Shown one piece after another: positions 50,401 through 64,000 of a DNA stretch of 64,000 nucleotides. Every line of letters begins with the position of its first letter. Position 1 is the stretch's first letter. The stretch lies in contig OZ024740.1 in assembly GCA_964016885.1 (NCBI GenBank), positions 38,936,001-39,000,000 on the forward strand, read 5' to 3'. The stretch is from Eledone cirrhosa (taxonomy: Eukaryota). A model generated the notes under the pieces. It was not told where the DNA came from. It saw nothing but the letters and a program-made list of their open reading frames with translations, and did no database searches. The position numbers were made by a program, and so were the translations under genes.

Positions 50401-53400
50401 ATACTAAAGTTATATAGTTACAATACTACTGTTATATATAGTTACAATACTACTGTTATATAGTTACAATACTACTGTTATATAGTTACAATACTACTGT
50501 TATATATAGTTACAATACTACTGTTATATAGTTACATTACTACTGTTATATAGTTGCAATGCTTCTGTTATATAGTTACAATACTACAGTTTATAGTTAC
50601 AATGCTACTATTATATAGTTACAATACTATTGTTATATAGTTACAATACTACACTATATAGTTACAATACTACTGTTATATAGTTACAATACTACACTAT
50701 ATAGTTGCAATACTACTGTTATATAGTTACAATACTAAAGTTATATAGTTACAATACTACTGTTATATATAGTTACAATACTACTGTTATATAGTTACAA
50801 TACTACTGTTATATATAGTTACAATACTACTGTTATATAGTTACAATACTACTGTTATATAGTTACAATACTAAAGTTATATAGTTACAATACTACTGTT
50901 ATATATAGTTACAATACTACTGTTATATAGTTACAATACTACTGTTATATAGTTACAATACTACTGTTATATATAGTTACAATACTACTGTTATATAGTT
51001 ACAATACTACTGTTATATATAGTTACAATACTACTGTTATATAGTTACAATACTACTGTTATATATAGTTGCAATACTACTGTTATATAGTTACAATACT
51101 ACTGTTATATAGTTACAATACTACTGTTATATATAGTTACAATACTACTGTTATATAGTTACAATACTACACTATATAGTTGCAATACTACTGTTATATA
51201 GTTACAATACTAAAGTTATATAGTTACAATACTACTGTTATATATAGTTACAATACTACTGCTATATAGTTACAATACTACTGTTATATATAGTTACAAT
51301 ACTACTGTTATATAGTTACAATACTACTGTTATATAGTTACAATACTAAAGTTATATAGTTACAATACTACTGTTATATATAGTTACAATACTACTGTTA
51401 TATAGTTACAATACTACTGTTATATAGTTACAATACTACTGTTATATATAGTTACAATACTACTGTTATATAGTTACAATACTACTGTTATATATAGTTA
51501 CAATACTACTGTTATATAGTTACAATACTACTGTTATATATAGTTGCAATACTACTGTTATATAGTTACAATACTACTGTTATATAGTTACAATACTACT
51601 GTTATATATAGTTACAATACTACTGTTATATAGTTACAATACTACACTATATAGTTACATTACTACTGTTATATAGTTACAATACTACACTATATAGTTA
51701 CAATACTACTGTTATATAGTTACAATACTACACTATATAGTTACAATACTACTGTTATATATAGTTACAATACTACTGTCCTATAGTTACAATGCTACTG
51801 TTATATAATTACAATACTACTGTTATATAGTTACAATACTACACTATATAGTTACAATAATACTGTTATATAGTTACAATACTACTGTTATATAGTTACA
51901 ATACTACTGTTATATAGTTACAATACTACAGTATATAGTTACAATACTACAGTATATAGTTACAATACTACTGTTATATAGTTACAATACTACTGTTATA
52001 TAGTTACAATACTACAGTATATAGTTACAATACTACTGTTATATAGTTACAATACTACTGTTATATAGTTACAATACTACAGTATATAGTTACAATACTA
52101 CAGTATATAGTTACAATACTACTGTTATATAGTTACAATACTACAGTATATAGTTACAATACTACAGTATATAGTTACAATACTACTGTTATATAGTTAC
52201 AATACTACAGTATATAGTTACAATACTACTGTTATATAGTTACAATACTACTGTTATATAGTTACAATACTACAGTATATAGTTACAATACTACTGTTAT
52301 ATAGTTACAATACTACACTTTATAGTTACAATACTACTGTTATATAGTTACAATACTACACTATATAGTTACAATACTACTGTTATATAGTTACAATACT
52401 ACTGTTATATAGTTACATTACTACTGTTATATAGTTGCAATGCTTCTGTTATATAGTTACAATACTACAGTTTATAGTTACAATGCTACTATTATATAGT
52501 TACAATACTATTGTTATATAGTTACAATACTACACTATATAGTTACAATACTACTGTTATATAGTTACAATACTACACTATATAGTTGCAATACTACTGT
52601 TATATAGTTACAATACTAAAGTTATATAGTTACAATACTACTGTTATATATAGTTACAATACTACTGTTATATAGTTACAATACTACTGTTATATATAGT
52701 TACAATACTACTGTTATATAGTTACAATACTACTGTTATATAGTTACAATACTAAAGTTATATAGTTACAATACTACTGTTATATATAGTTACAATACTA
52801 CTGTTATATAGTTACAATACTACTGTTATATAGTTACAATACTACTGTTATATATAGTTACAATACTACTGTTATATAGTTACAATACTACTGTTATATA
52901 TAGTTACAATACTACTGTTATATAGTTACAATACTACTGTTATATATAGTTGCAATACTACTGTTATATAGTTACAATACTACTGTTATATAGTTACAAT
53001 ACTACTGTTATATATAGTTACAATACTACTGTTATATAGTTACAATACTACACTATATAGTTGCAATACTACTGTTATATAGTTACAATACTAAAGTTAT
53101 ATAGTTACAATACTACTGTTATATATAGTTACAATACTACTGCTATATAGTTACAATACTACTGTTATATATAGTTACAATACTACTGTTATATAGTTAC
53201 AATACTACTGTTATATAGTTACAATACTAAAGTTATATAGTTACAATACTACTGTTATATATAGTTACAATACTACTGTTATATAGTTACAATACTACTG
53301 TTATATAGTTACAATACTACTGTTATATATAGTTACAATACTACTGTTATATAGTTACAATACTACTGTTATATATAGTTACAATACTACTGTTATATAG

Positions 53401-56400
53401 TTACAATACTACTGTTATATATAGTTGCAATACTACTGTTATATAGTTACAATACTACTGTTATATAGTTACAATACTACTGTTATATATAGTTACAATA
53501 CTACTGTTATATAGTTACAATACTACACTATATAGTTACATTACTACTGTTATATAGTTACAATACTACTATTATATAGTTACAATACTACACTATATAG
53601 TTACATTACTACTGTTATATAGTTACAATACTACTGTTATATAGATACAATACTACTGTTATATAGTTACAATGCTACTGTTATATAGTTACAATACTAC
53701 TGTTATATAGTTACAATGCTACTGTTATATAGTTACAATACTACAGTATATAGTTACAATACTACTGTTATATAGTTACAATACTACTGTTATATATAGT
53801 TACAATACTACTGTTATATAATTACAATACTACTGTTATATAGTTACAATACTACTGTTATATATAGTTACAATACTACTGTTATATAGTTACAATACTA
53901 CACTATATAGTTACAATACTACTGTTATATAGTTACATTACTACTGTTATATAGTTACAATGCTACTGTTATATAGTTACAATACTACTGTTATATAGTT
54001 ACAATGCTACTGTTATATAGTTACAATACTACAGTATATAGTTACAATACTACTGTTATATAGTTACAATACTACTGTTATATATAGTTACAATACTACT
54101 GTTATATAATTACAATACTACTGTTATATAGTTACAATACTACTGTTATATATAGTTACAATACTACTGTTATATAGTTACAATACTACACTATATAGTT
54201 ACAATACTACTGTTATATAGATACAATACTACTGTTATATAGTTACAATGCTACTGTTATATAGTTACAATACTACTGTTATATAGTTAAAATGCTACTG
54301 TTATATAGTTACAATACTACAGTATATAGTTACAATACTACTGTTATATAGTTACAATACTACTGTTATATATATTTACAATACTACTGTTATATAATTA
54401 CAATACTACTGTTATATAGTTACAATACTACTGTTATATATAGTTACAATACTACTGTTATATAGTTACAATACTACACTATATAGTTACAATACTACTG
54501 TTATATAGTTACAATACTACACTATATAGTTACAATACTACTGTTATATAGTTACAATACTACTGTTATATAGTTACAATACTACTGTTATATATAGTTA
54601 CAATACTACTGTTGTATAGTTACAATACTACTGTTATATAGTTACAATACTACTGTTATATAGTTACAATACTACTGTTATATATAGTTACGATACTACT
54701 GTTATATATTTACAATACTACTGTTATATATAGTTACAATACTACTGTTATATAGTTACAATACTACTGTTATATAGTTACAATACTACTGTTATATATA
54801 GTTACAATACTACTGTTATATAGTTACCATACTACTGTTATATATAGTTACAATACTACTGTTGTATAGTTACAATACTACTGTTATATATAGTTACAAT
54901 ACTACTGTTATATAGTTACAATACTACTGTTATATAGTTACAATACTACTGTTATATATAGTTACAATACTACTGTTATATAATTACAATACTACTGTTA
55001 TATAGTTACAATACTACTGTTATATATAGTTACAATACTACTGTTATATAGTTACAATACTACTGTTATTTAGTTACAATACTACTGTTATATAGTTACA
55101 ATACTACTGTTATATAGTTACAATACTACTGTTATATAGTTACAATACTACACTATATAGTTACAATACTACTGTTATATAGTTACAATACTACTGTTAT
55201 ATATAGTTACAATACTACTGTTATATAGTTACTATACTACTGCTATATAGTTACTATACTACTGTTATATTTAGTAACAATACTACTGTAATATAGTTAC
55301 AATACTACTGTTATATAGTTACAATACTACTGTTATATAGTTACATTACTACTGTTATATAGTTACAATACTATTGTTATATAGTTACAATACTACACTA
55401 TATAGTTACAATACTACTGTTATATAGTTACAATACTACTGTTATATAGTTACAATACTACTGTTATATATAGTTACAATACTACTGCTATATAGTTACA
55501 ATACTACTGTTATATATAGTTACAATACTACTGTTATATAGTTACAATACTACTGTTATACAGTTACAATACTAAAGTTATATAGTTACAATACTACTGT
55601 TATATATAGTTACAATACTACTGTTATATAGTTACAATACTACTGTTATATAGTTACAATACTACTGTTATATATAGTTACAATACTACTGTTATATAGT
55701 TACAATACTACTGTTATATATAGTTACAATACTACTGTTATATAGTTACAATACTACTGTTATATATAGTTGCAATACTACTGTTATATAGTTACAATAC
55801 TACTGTTATATAGTTACAATACTACTGTTATATATAGTTACAATACTACTGTTATATAGTTACAATACTACACTATATAGTTGCAATACTACTGTTATAT
55901 AGTTACAATACTAAAGTTATATAGTTACAATACTACTGTTATATATAGTTACAATACTACTGCTATATAGTTACAATACTACTGTTATATATAGTTACAA
56001 TACTACTGTTATATAGTTACAATACTACTGTTATATAGTTACAATACTAAAGTTATATAGTTACAATACTACTGTTATATATAGTTACAATACTACTGTT
56101 ATATAGTTACAATACTACTGTTATATAGTTACAATACTACTGTTATATATAGTTACAATACTACTGTTATATAGTTACAATACTACTGTTATATATAGTT
56201 ACAATACTACTGTTATATAGTTACAATACTACTGTTATATATAGTTGCAATACTACTGTTATATAGTTACAATACTACTGTTATATAGTTACAATACTAC
56301 TGTTATATATAGTTACAATACTACTGTTATATAGTTACAATACTACACTATATAGTTACATTACTACTGTTATATAGTTACAATACTACTATTATATAGT

Positions 56401-58341
56401 TACAATACTACACTATATAGTTACATTACTACTGTTATATAGTTACAATACTACTGTTATATAGATACAATACTACTGTTATATAGTTACAATGCTACTG
56501 TTATATAGTTACAATACTACTGTTATATAGTTACAATGCTACTGTTATATAGTTACAATACTACAGTATATAGTTACAATACTACTGTTATATAGTTACA
56601 ATACTACTGTTATATATAGTTACAATACTACTGTTATATAATTACAATACTACTGTTATATAGTTACAATACTACTGTTATATATAGTTACAATACTACT
56701 GTTATATAGTTACAATACTACACTATATAGTTACAATACTACTGTTATATAGTTACATTACTACTGTTATATAGTTACAATGCTACTGTTATATAGTTAC
56801 AATACTACTGTTATATAGTTACAATGCTACTGTTATATAGTTACAATACTACAGTATATAGTTACAATACTACTGTTATATAGTTACAATACTACTGTTA
56901 TATATAGTTACAATACTACTGTTATATAATTACAATACTACTGTTATATAGTTACAATACTACTGTTATATATAGTTACAATACTACTGTTATATAGTTA
57001 CAATACTACACTATATAGTTACAATACTACTGTTATATAGATACAATACTACTGTTATATAGTTACAATGCTACTGTTATATAGTTACAATACTACTGTT
57101 ATATAGTTAAAATGCTACTGTTATATAGTTACAATACTACAGTATATAGTTACAATACTACTGTTATATAGTTACAATACTACTGTTATATATATTTACA
57201 ATACTACTGTTATATAATTACAATACTACTGTTATATAGTTACAATACTACTGTTATATATAGTTACAATACTACTGTTATATAGTTACAATACTACACT
57301 ATATAGTTACAATACTACTGTTATATAGTTACAATACTACACTATATAGTTACAATACTACTGTTATATAGTTACAATACTACTGTTATATAGTTACAAT
57401 ACTACTGTTATATATAGTTACAATACTACTGTTGTATAGTTACAATACTGCTGTTATATAGTTACAATACTACTGTTATATAGTTACAATACTACTGTTA
57501 TATATAGTTACGATACTACTGTTATATAGTTACAATACTACTGTTATATATAGTTACAATACTACTGTTATATAGTTACAATACTACTGTTATATAGTTA
57601 CAATACTACTGTTATATATAGTTACAATACTACTGTTATATAGTTACCATACTACTGTTATATATAGTTACAATACTACTGTTGTATAGTTACAATACTA
57701 CTGTTATATATAGTTACAATACTACTGTTATATAGTTACAATACTACTGTTATATAGTTACAATACTACTGTTATATATAGTTACAATACTACTGTTATA
57801 TAATTACAATACTACTGTTATATAGTTACAATACTACTGTTATATATAGTTACAATACTACTGTTATATAGTTACAATACTACTGTTATTTAGTTACAAT
57901 ACTACTGTTATATAGTTACAATACTACTGTTATATAGTTACAATACTACTGTTATATAGTTACAATACTACACTATATAGTTACAATACTACTGTTATAT
58001 AGTTACAATACTACTGTTATATATAGTTACAATACTACTGTTATATAGTTACTATACTACTGCTATATAGTTACTATACTACTGTTATATTTAGTAACAA
58101 TACTACTGTAATATAGTTACAATACTACTGTTATATAGTTACAATACTACTGTTATATAGTTACATTACTACTGTTATATAGTTACAATACTGTTGTTAT
58201 ATAGTTACAATACTACACTATATAGTTACAATACTACTGTTATATAGTTACAATACTACTGTTATATAGTTACAATACTACTGTTATATAGTTACACTAC
58301 TACTGTTATATATAGTTACAATACTACTGTTATATAGTTAC
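47425..58341 (+). repeat. 22-bp satellite array, orientation 1
   Basis: Unit GTTACAATACTACTGTTATATA with 21-bp (ACACTATATA/ACAGTATATA) and 24-bp (+TA) variants; kb-scale duplications. Confidence 0.98.
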
Positions 58342-58345
58342 AATA

Positions 58346-61300
58346 GTAACTATATAACATTAGTATTGTAACTATATAACAGTAGTATTGTAACTATATT
58401 GCAGTAATATTGTAACTATATAACAGTAGTATTGTAACTATATAGTGTAGCATTGTAACTATATAACAGTAGTATTGTAACTATATAACAGTAGTATTGT
58501 AACTATATAACAGTAGTATTGTAACTATATAACAGTAGTAGTGTAACTATATAACAGTATTATTGTAACTATATAACAGTAGTATTGTAACTATATAACA
58601 GTAGTATTGTAACTATATAGTGTAGTATTGTAACTATATAACAGTAGTATTGTAACTATATAACAGTAGTATCGTTACTATATAACAGTAGTATTGTAAC
58701 TATATAACAGTAGTATTGTAACTATATAACAGTAGTATTGTAACTATATTGCAGTAGTATTGTAACTATATAACAGTAGTATTGTAACTATATAACAGTA
58801 GTATTGTAACTATATAGTATAGTATTGTATCTATATAACAGTAGTATTGTAACTATATAATGTATTATTGTAACTATATAACAGTAGTATTGTAACTATA
58901 TAACAGTAGTAATGTAACTATATAACAGTAGTATTGTAACTATATAACAGTAGTATTGTAACTATATAACGGTAGTATTGTAACTATATAACAGTAGTAT
59001 TGTAACTATATAGTGTAGCATTGTAACTATATAACAGTAGTATTGTAACTATATAGTGTAGTATTGTAACTATATAACAGTAGTATTGTACCTATATAGT
59101 CTAGTATTGTAACTATATAACAGTAGTATTGTAAATATATATAACAGTAGCATTGAAACTATATAACAGTAGTATTGTAACTATATAACAGTAGTATTGT
59201 AACTATATAACAGTAGTATTGTAACTATATAACAGTAGTATTGTAACTATATAGTGTAGTATTGTAACTATATAACAGTAGTATTGTAACTATATAACAG
59301 TAGTATTGTAACTATATATAACAGTAGTATTGTAACTCTATAACAGTAGTATTGTGACTATATAGTGTAGTATTGTAACTATATAACAGTAGTATTGTAA
59401 CTATATAACAGTAATATTGTAACTATATAACAGTAGTATTGTAACTATATAGTGTAGTATTGTAACTATATAACAGTAGTATTGTAACTATATAACAGTA
59501 GTATTGTAACTATATAAAAGTAGTATTGTAACTTTATAACAGTAGTATTGTAACTATATAGTGTAGTATTGTAACTATATATAACAGTAGTATTGTAACT
59601 ATATAACAGTAGTATTGTAACTATATAAGAGTAATATTGTAACTAGATAGTGTAGTATTGTAACTATATATAACAGTAGTATTGTAACTCTATAACAGTA
59701 GTATTGTAACTATATAAAAGTAGTATTGTAACTATATAACAGTAGTATTGTAACTATATAGCAGTAGTATTGTAACTATATAGCAGTAGTATTTTACTAT
59801 ATAGTAGTATTGTAACTATATAGCAGTAGTATTGTAACTATGTTGCAGTAGTATTGTAACTATATAACATTAGTATTGTAACTATATAGTATTGTAACTA
59901 TATAACAGTAGTATTGTAACTATATAACAGTAGTATCGTAACTATATAACAGTAGTATTGTAACTATATAGCAGTAGTATTGTAACTATATTGCAGTAAT
60001 ATTGTAACTATATAACAGTAGTATTGTAACTATATAGTGTAGCATTGTAACTATACAACAGTAGTATGGTAACTATATAACAGTAGTATTGTAACTATAT
60101 AGTGTAGCATTGTAACTATACAACAGTAGTATGGTAACTATATAACAGTAGTATTGTAGCTATATAACAGTAGTATTGTAACTATATAACAGTAGTATTG
60201 TAACTATATAACAGTAGTATTGTAACTATATAGCAGTAGTATTGTAACTATATTGCAGTTATATTGTAACTATATAACAGTAGTATTGTACCTACTTAAC
60301 AGTGGTATTGTAACTATATAACAGTAGTATTGTAACTATACAACAGTAGTATTGTAACTATATAACAGTAGTATTGTAATTATATAGTGTAGCATTGTAA
60401 CTATACAACAGTAGTATGGTAACTATATAACAGTAGTATTGTAACTATATAGTGTAGCATTGTAACTATACAACAGTAGTATGGTAACTATATAACAGTA
60501 GTATTGTAACTATATAACAGTAGCATCGTAACTATATAAAAGTAGTATTGTAACAATATAGTGTAGTATTGTAACTATATAACAGTAGTATTGTAACTAT
60601 ATAACAGTAGTATTGTAACTATATAACAGTAGCAGTGTAACTATATAACAGTAGTATTGTAACTATATAACAGTAGTATTGTAACTATATAACAGTAGTA
60701 TTGTAAATATATAGTGTGGGTATTGTAACTATATAACAGTAGTATTGTAACTATATAACAGTAGTATTGTTAATATATAACAGTAGTATTGTAACTATAT
60801 AACAGTAGTATTGTAACTATATAACAGTAGTATTGTAACTATATTGCAGTAGTATTGTAACTATATAACAGTAGTATTGTAACTATATAACAGTAATATT
60901 GTAACTATATAGTGTAGTATTGTAACTATATAGTGTAGTATTGTAACTATATAACAGTAGTATTGTAATTATATAACAGTAGTATTGTAACTATATAGTG
61001 TAGCATTGTAACTATACAACAGTAGTATGGTAACTATATAACAGTAGTATTGTAACTATATAACAGTAGCATCGTAACTATATAAAAGTAGTAGTGTAAC
61101 TATATAACAGTATTATTGTAACTATATAACAGTAGTATTGTAACTATATAACAGTAGTATTGTAACAATATAGTGTAGTATTGCAACTATATAACAGTAG
61201 TATTGTAACTATATAACAGTAGTATTGTAACTATATAACAGTAGTAGTGTAACTATATAACAGTATTATTGTAACTATATAACAGTAGTATTGTAACTAT

Positions 61301-64000
61301 ATAACAGTAGTATTGTAACTATATAGAGTAGTATTGTAACTATATAACAGTAGTATTGTAACTATATAACAGTAGTATCGTTACTATATAACAGTAGTAT
61401 TGTAACTATATAACAGTAGTATTGTAACTATATAACAGTAGTATTGTAACTATATTGCAGTAGTATTGTAACTATATAACAGTAGTATTGTAACTATATA
61501 ACAGTAGTATTGTAACTATATAGTGTAGTATTGTATCTATATAACAGTAGTATTGTAACTATATAATGTAGTATTGTAACTATATAACAGTAGTATTGTA
61601 ACTATATAATAGTAGTAATGTAACTATATAACAGTAGTATTGTAACTATATAACAGTAGTATTGTAACTATATAACGGTAGTATTGTAACTATATAACAG
61701 TAGTATTGTAACTATATAGTGTAGCATTGTAACTATATAACAGTAGTATTGTAACTATATAGTGTAGTATTGTAACTATATAACAGTAGTATTGTAACTA
61801 TATAGTCTAGTATTGTAACTATATAACAGTAGTATTGTAAATATATATAACAGTAGCATTGAAACTATATAACAGTAGTATTGTAACTATATAACAGTAG
61901 TATTGTAACTATATAACAGTAGTATTGTAACTATATAGTGTAGTATTGTAACTATATAACAGTAGTATTGTAACTATATAACAGTAGTATTGTAATTATA
62001 TATAACAGTAGTATTGTAACTCTATAACAGTAGTATTGTGACTATATAGTGTAGTATTGTAACTATATAACAGTAGTATTGTAACTATATAACAGTAATA
62101 TTGTAACTATATAACAGTAGTATTGTAACTATATAGTGTAGTATTGTAACTATATAACAGTAGTATTGTAACTATATAACAGTAGTATTGTAACTATATA
62201 AAAGTAGTATTGTAACTATATAACAGTAGTATTGTAACTATATAGTGTAGTATTGTAACTATATATAACAGTAGTATTGTAACTATATAACAGTAGTATT
62301 GTAACTATATAAGAGTAATATTGTAACTAGATAGTGTAGTATTGTAACTATATATAACAGTAGTATTGTAACTCTATAACAGTAGTATTGTAACTATATA
62401 AAAGTAGTATTGTAACTATATAACAGTAGTATTGTAACTATATAGCAGTAGTATTGTAACTATATAGCAGTAGTATTTTACTATATAGTAGTATTGTAAC
62501 TATATAGCAGTAGTATTGTAACTATATTGCAGTAGTATTGTAACTATATAACAGTAGTATTGTAACTATATAGTATTGTAACTATATAACAGTAGTATTG
62601 TAACTATATAACAGTAGTATCGTAACTATATAACAGTAGTATTGTAACTATATAGCAGTAGTATTGTAACTATATTGCAGTAATATTGTAACTATATAAC
62701 AATAGTATTGTAACTATATAGTGTAGCATTGTAACTATATAACAGTAGTATTGTAACTATATAACAGTAGTATTGTAACTATATAACAGTATTATTGTAA
62801 CTATATAGCAGTAGTATTGTAACTATATAACAGTAGCATTGTAACTATATAGTGTAGTATTGTAACTATATAACAGTAGTATTGTACCTACTTAACAGTG
62901 GTATTGTAACTATATAACAGTAGTATTGTAACTATACAACAGTAGTATTGTAACTATATAACAGTAGTATTGTAATTATATAGTGTAGCATTGTAACTAT
63001 ACAACAGTAGTATGGTAACTATATAACAGTAGTATTGTAACTATATTGTGTAGCATCGTAACTATACAACAGTAGTATGGTAACTATATAACAGTAGTAT
63101 TGTAACTATATAACAGTAGCATCGTAACTATATAAAAGTAGTATTGTAACAATATAGTGTAGTATTGTAACTATATAACAGTAGTATTGTAACTATATAA
63201 CAGTAGTATTGTAACTATATAACAGTAGCAGTGTAACTATATAACAGTAGTATTGTAACTATATAACAGTAGTATTGTAACTATATAACAGTAGTATTGT
63301 AACTATATAGTGTAGTATTGTAACTATATAACAGTAGTATTGTAACTATATAACAGTAGTATTGTTAATATATAACAGTAGTATTGTAACTATATAACAG
63401 TAGTATTGTAACTATATTGCAGTAGTATTGTAACTATATAACAGTAGTATTGTAACTATATAACAGTAGTATTGTAACTATATAATGTAGTATTGTAACT
63501 ATATAGTGTAGTATTGTAACTATATAACAGTAGTATTGTAATTATATAACAGTAGTATTGTAACTATATAGTGTAGCATTGTAACTATACAACAGTAGTA
63601 TGGTAACTATATAACAGTAGTATTGTAACTATATAACAGTAGCATCGTAACTATATAAAAGTAGTAGTGTAACTATATAACAGTATTATTGTAACTATAT
63701 AACAGTAGTATTGTACCTATATAACAGTAGTATTGTAACAATATAGTGTAGTATTGCAACTATATAACAGTAGTATTGTAACTATATAACAGTAGTATTG
63801 TAACTATATAACAGTAGTAGTGTAACTATATAACAGTATTATTGTAACTATATAACAGTAGTATTGTAACTATATAACAGTAGTATTGTAACTATATAGT
63901 GTAGTATTGTAACTATATAATAGTAGTATTGTAACTATATAACAGTAGTATCGTTTCTATATAACAGTAGTATTGTAACTATATAACAGTAGTATTGTAA
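58346..64000 (-). repeat. Same 22-bp satellite, reversed orientation, running off the window end
   Basis: Unit reads TATATAACAGTAGTATTGTAAC, the reverse complement of the left array. Confidence 0.98.

Noticed and set aside
47425-64000. CRISPR array or telomeric repeat
   Set aside because: Pure 21-24-bp tandem units without spacers, and not a G-rich TTAGGG-type repeat.

Overview
AT-rich, repeat-dominated eukaryotic non-coding DNA. The SINE, RTE and microsatellite content resembles a cephalopod (octopus-like) genome, which is an inference. No intact host protein-coding gene is supportable, and almost all listed ORFs are translations of microsatellites or repeat copies. Retroelements: many tRNA-derived SINE copies; 11 copies of a ~605-bp bipartite RTE-derived non-autonomous element (family A) plus three relatives (B, C, D) sitting in (TATG/CATA)n tracts; 3' fragments of an R4/Dong-like restriction-like-endonuclease retrotransposon in the same tracts; a decayed RTE-BovB-like LINE (27.2-29.2 kb); and Tx1/CRE fragments. 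DNA elements: hAT-, piggyBac- and Helitron-type non-autonomous elements and a perfect 129-bp-arm foldback. Other: relic minimal hammerhead ribozymes, possible decayed LRR/TIR (Toll-like receptor) remnants, a 4.2-kb 40-bp minisatellite, and a >16.5-kb 22-bp satellite that reverses orientation at ~58,343. The strongest novel candidates are a covarying RNA structure at the 5' end of families A and C, and the shared (TATG)n 'landing pad' used by two retroelement lineages in opposite orientations. All alignments and translations were done by eye, so coordinates may be off by a few bases.
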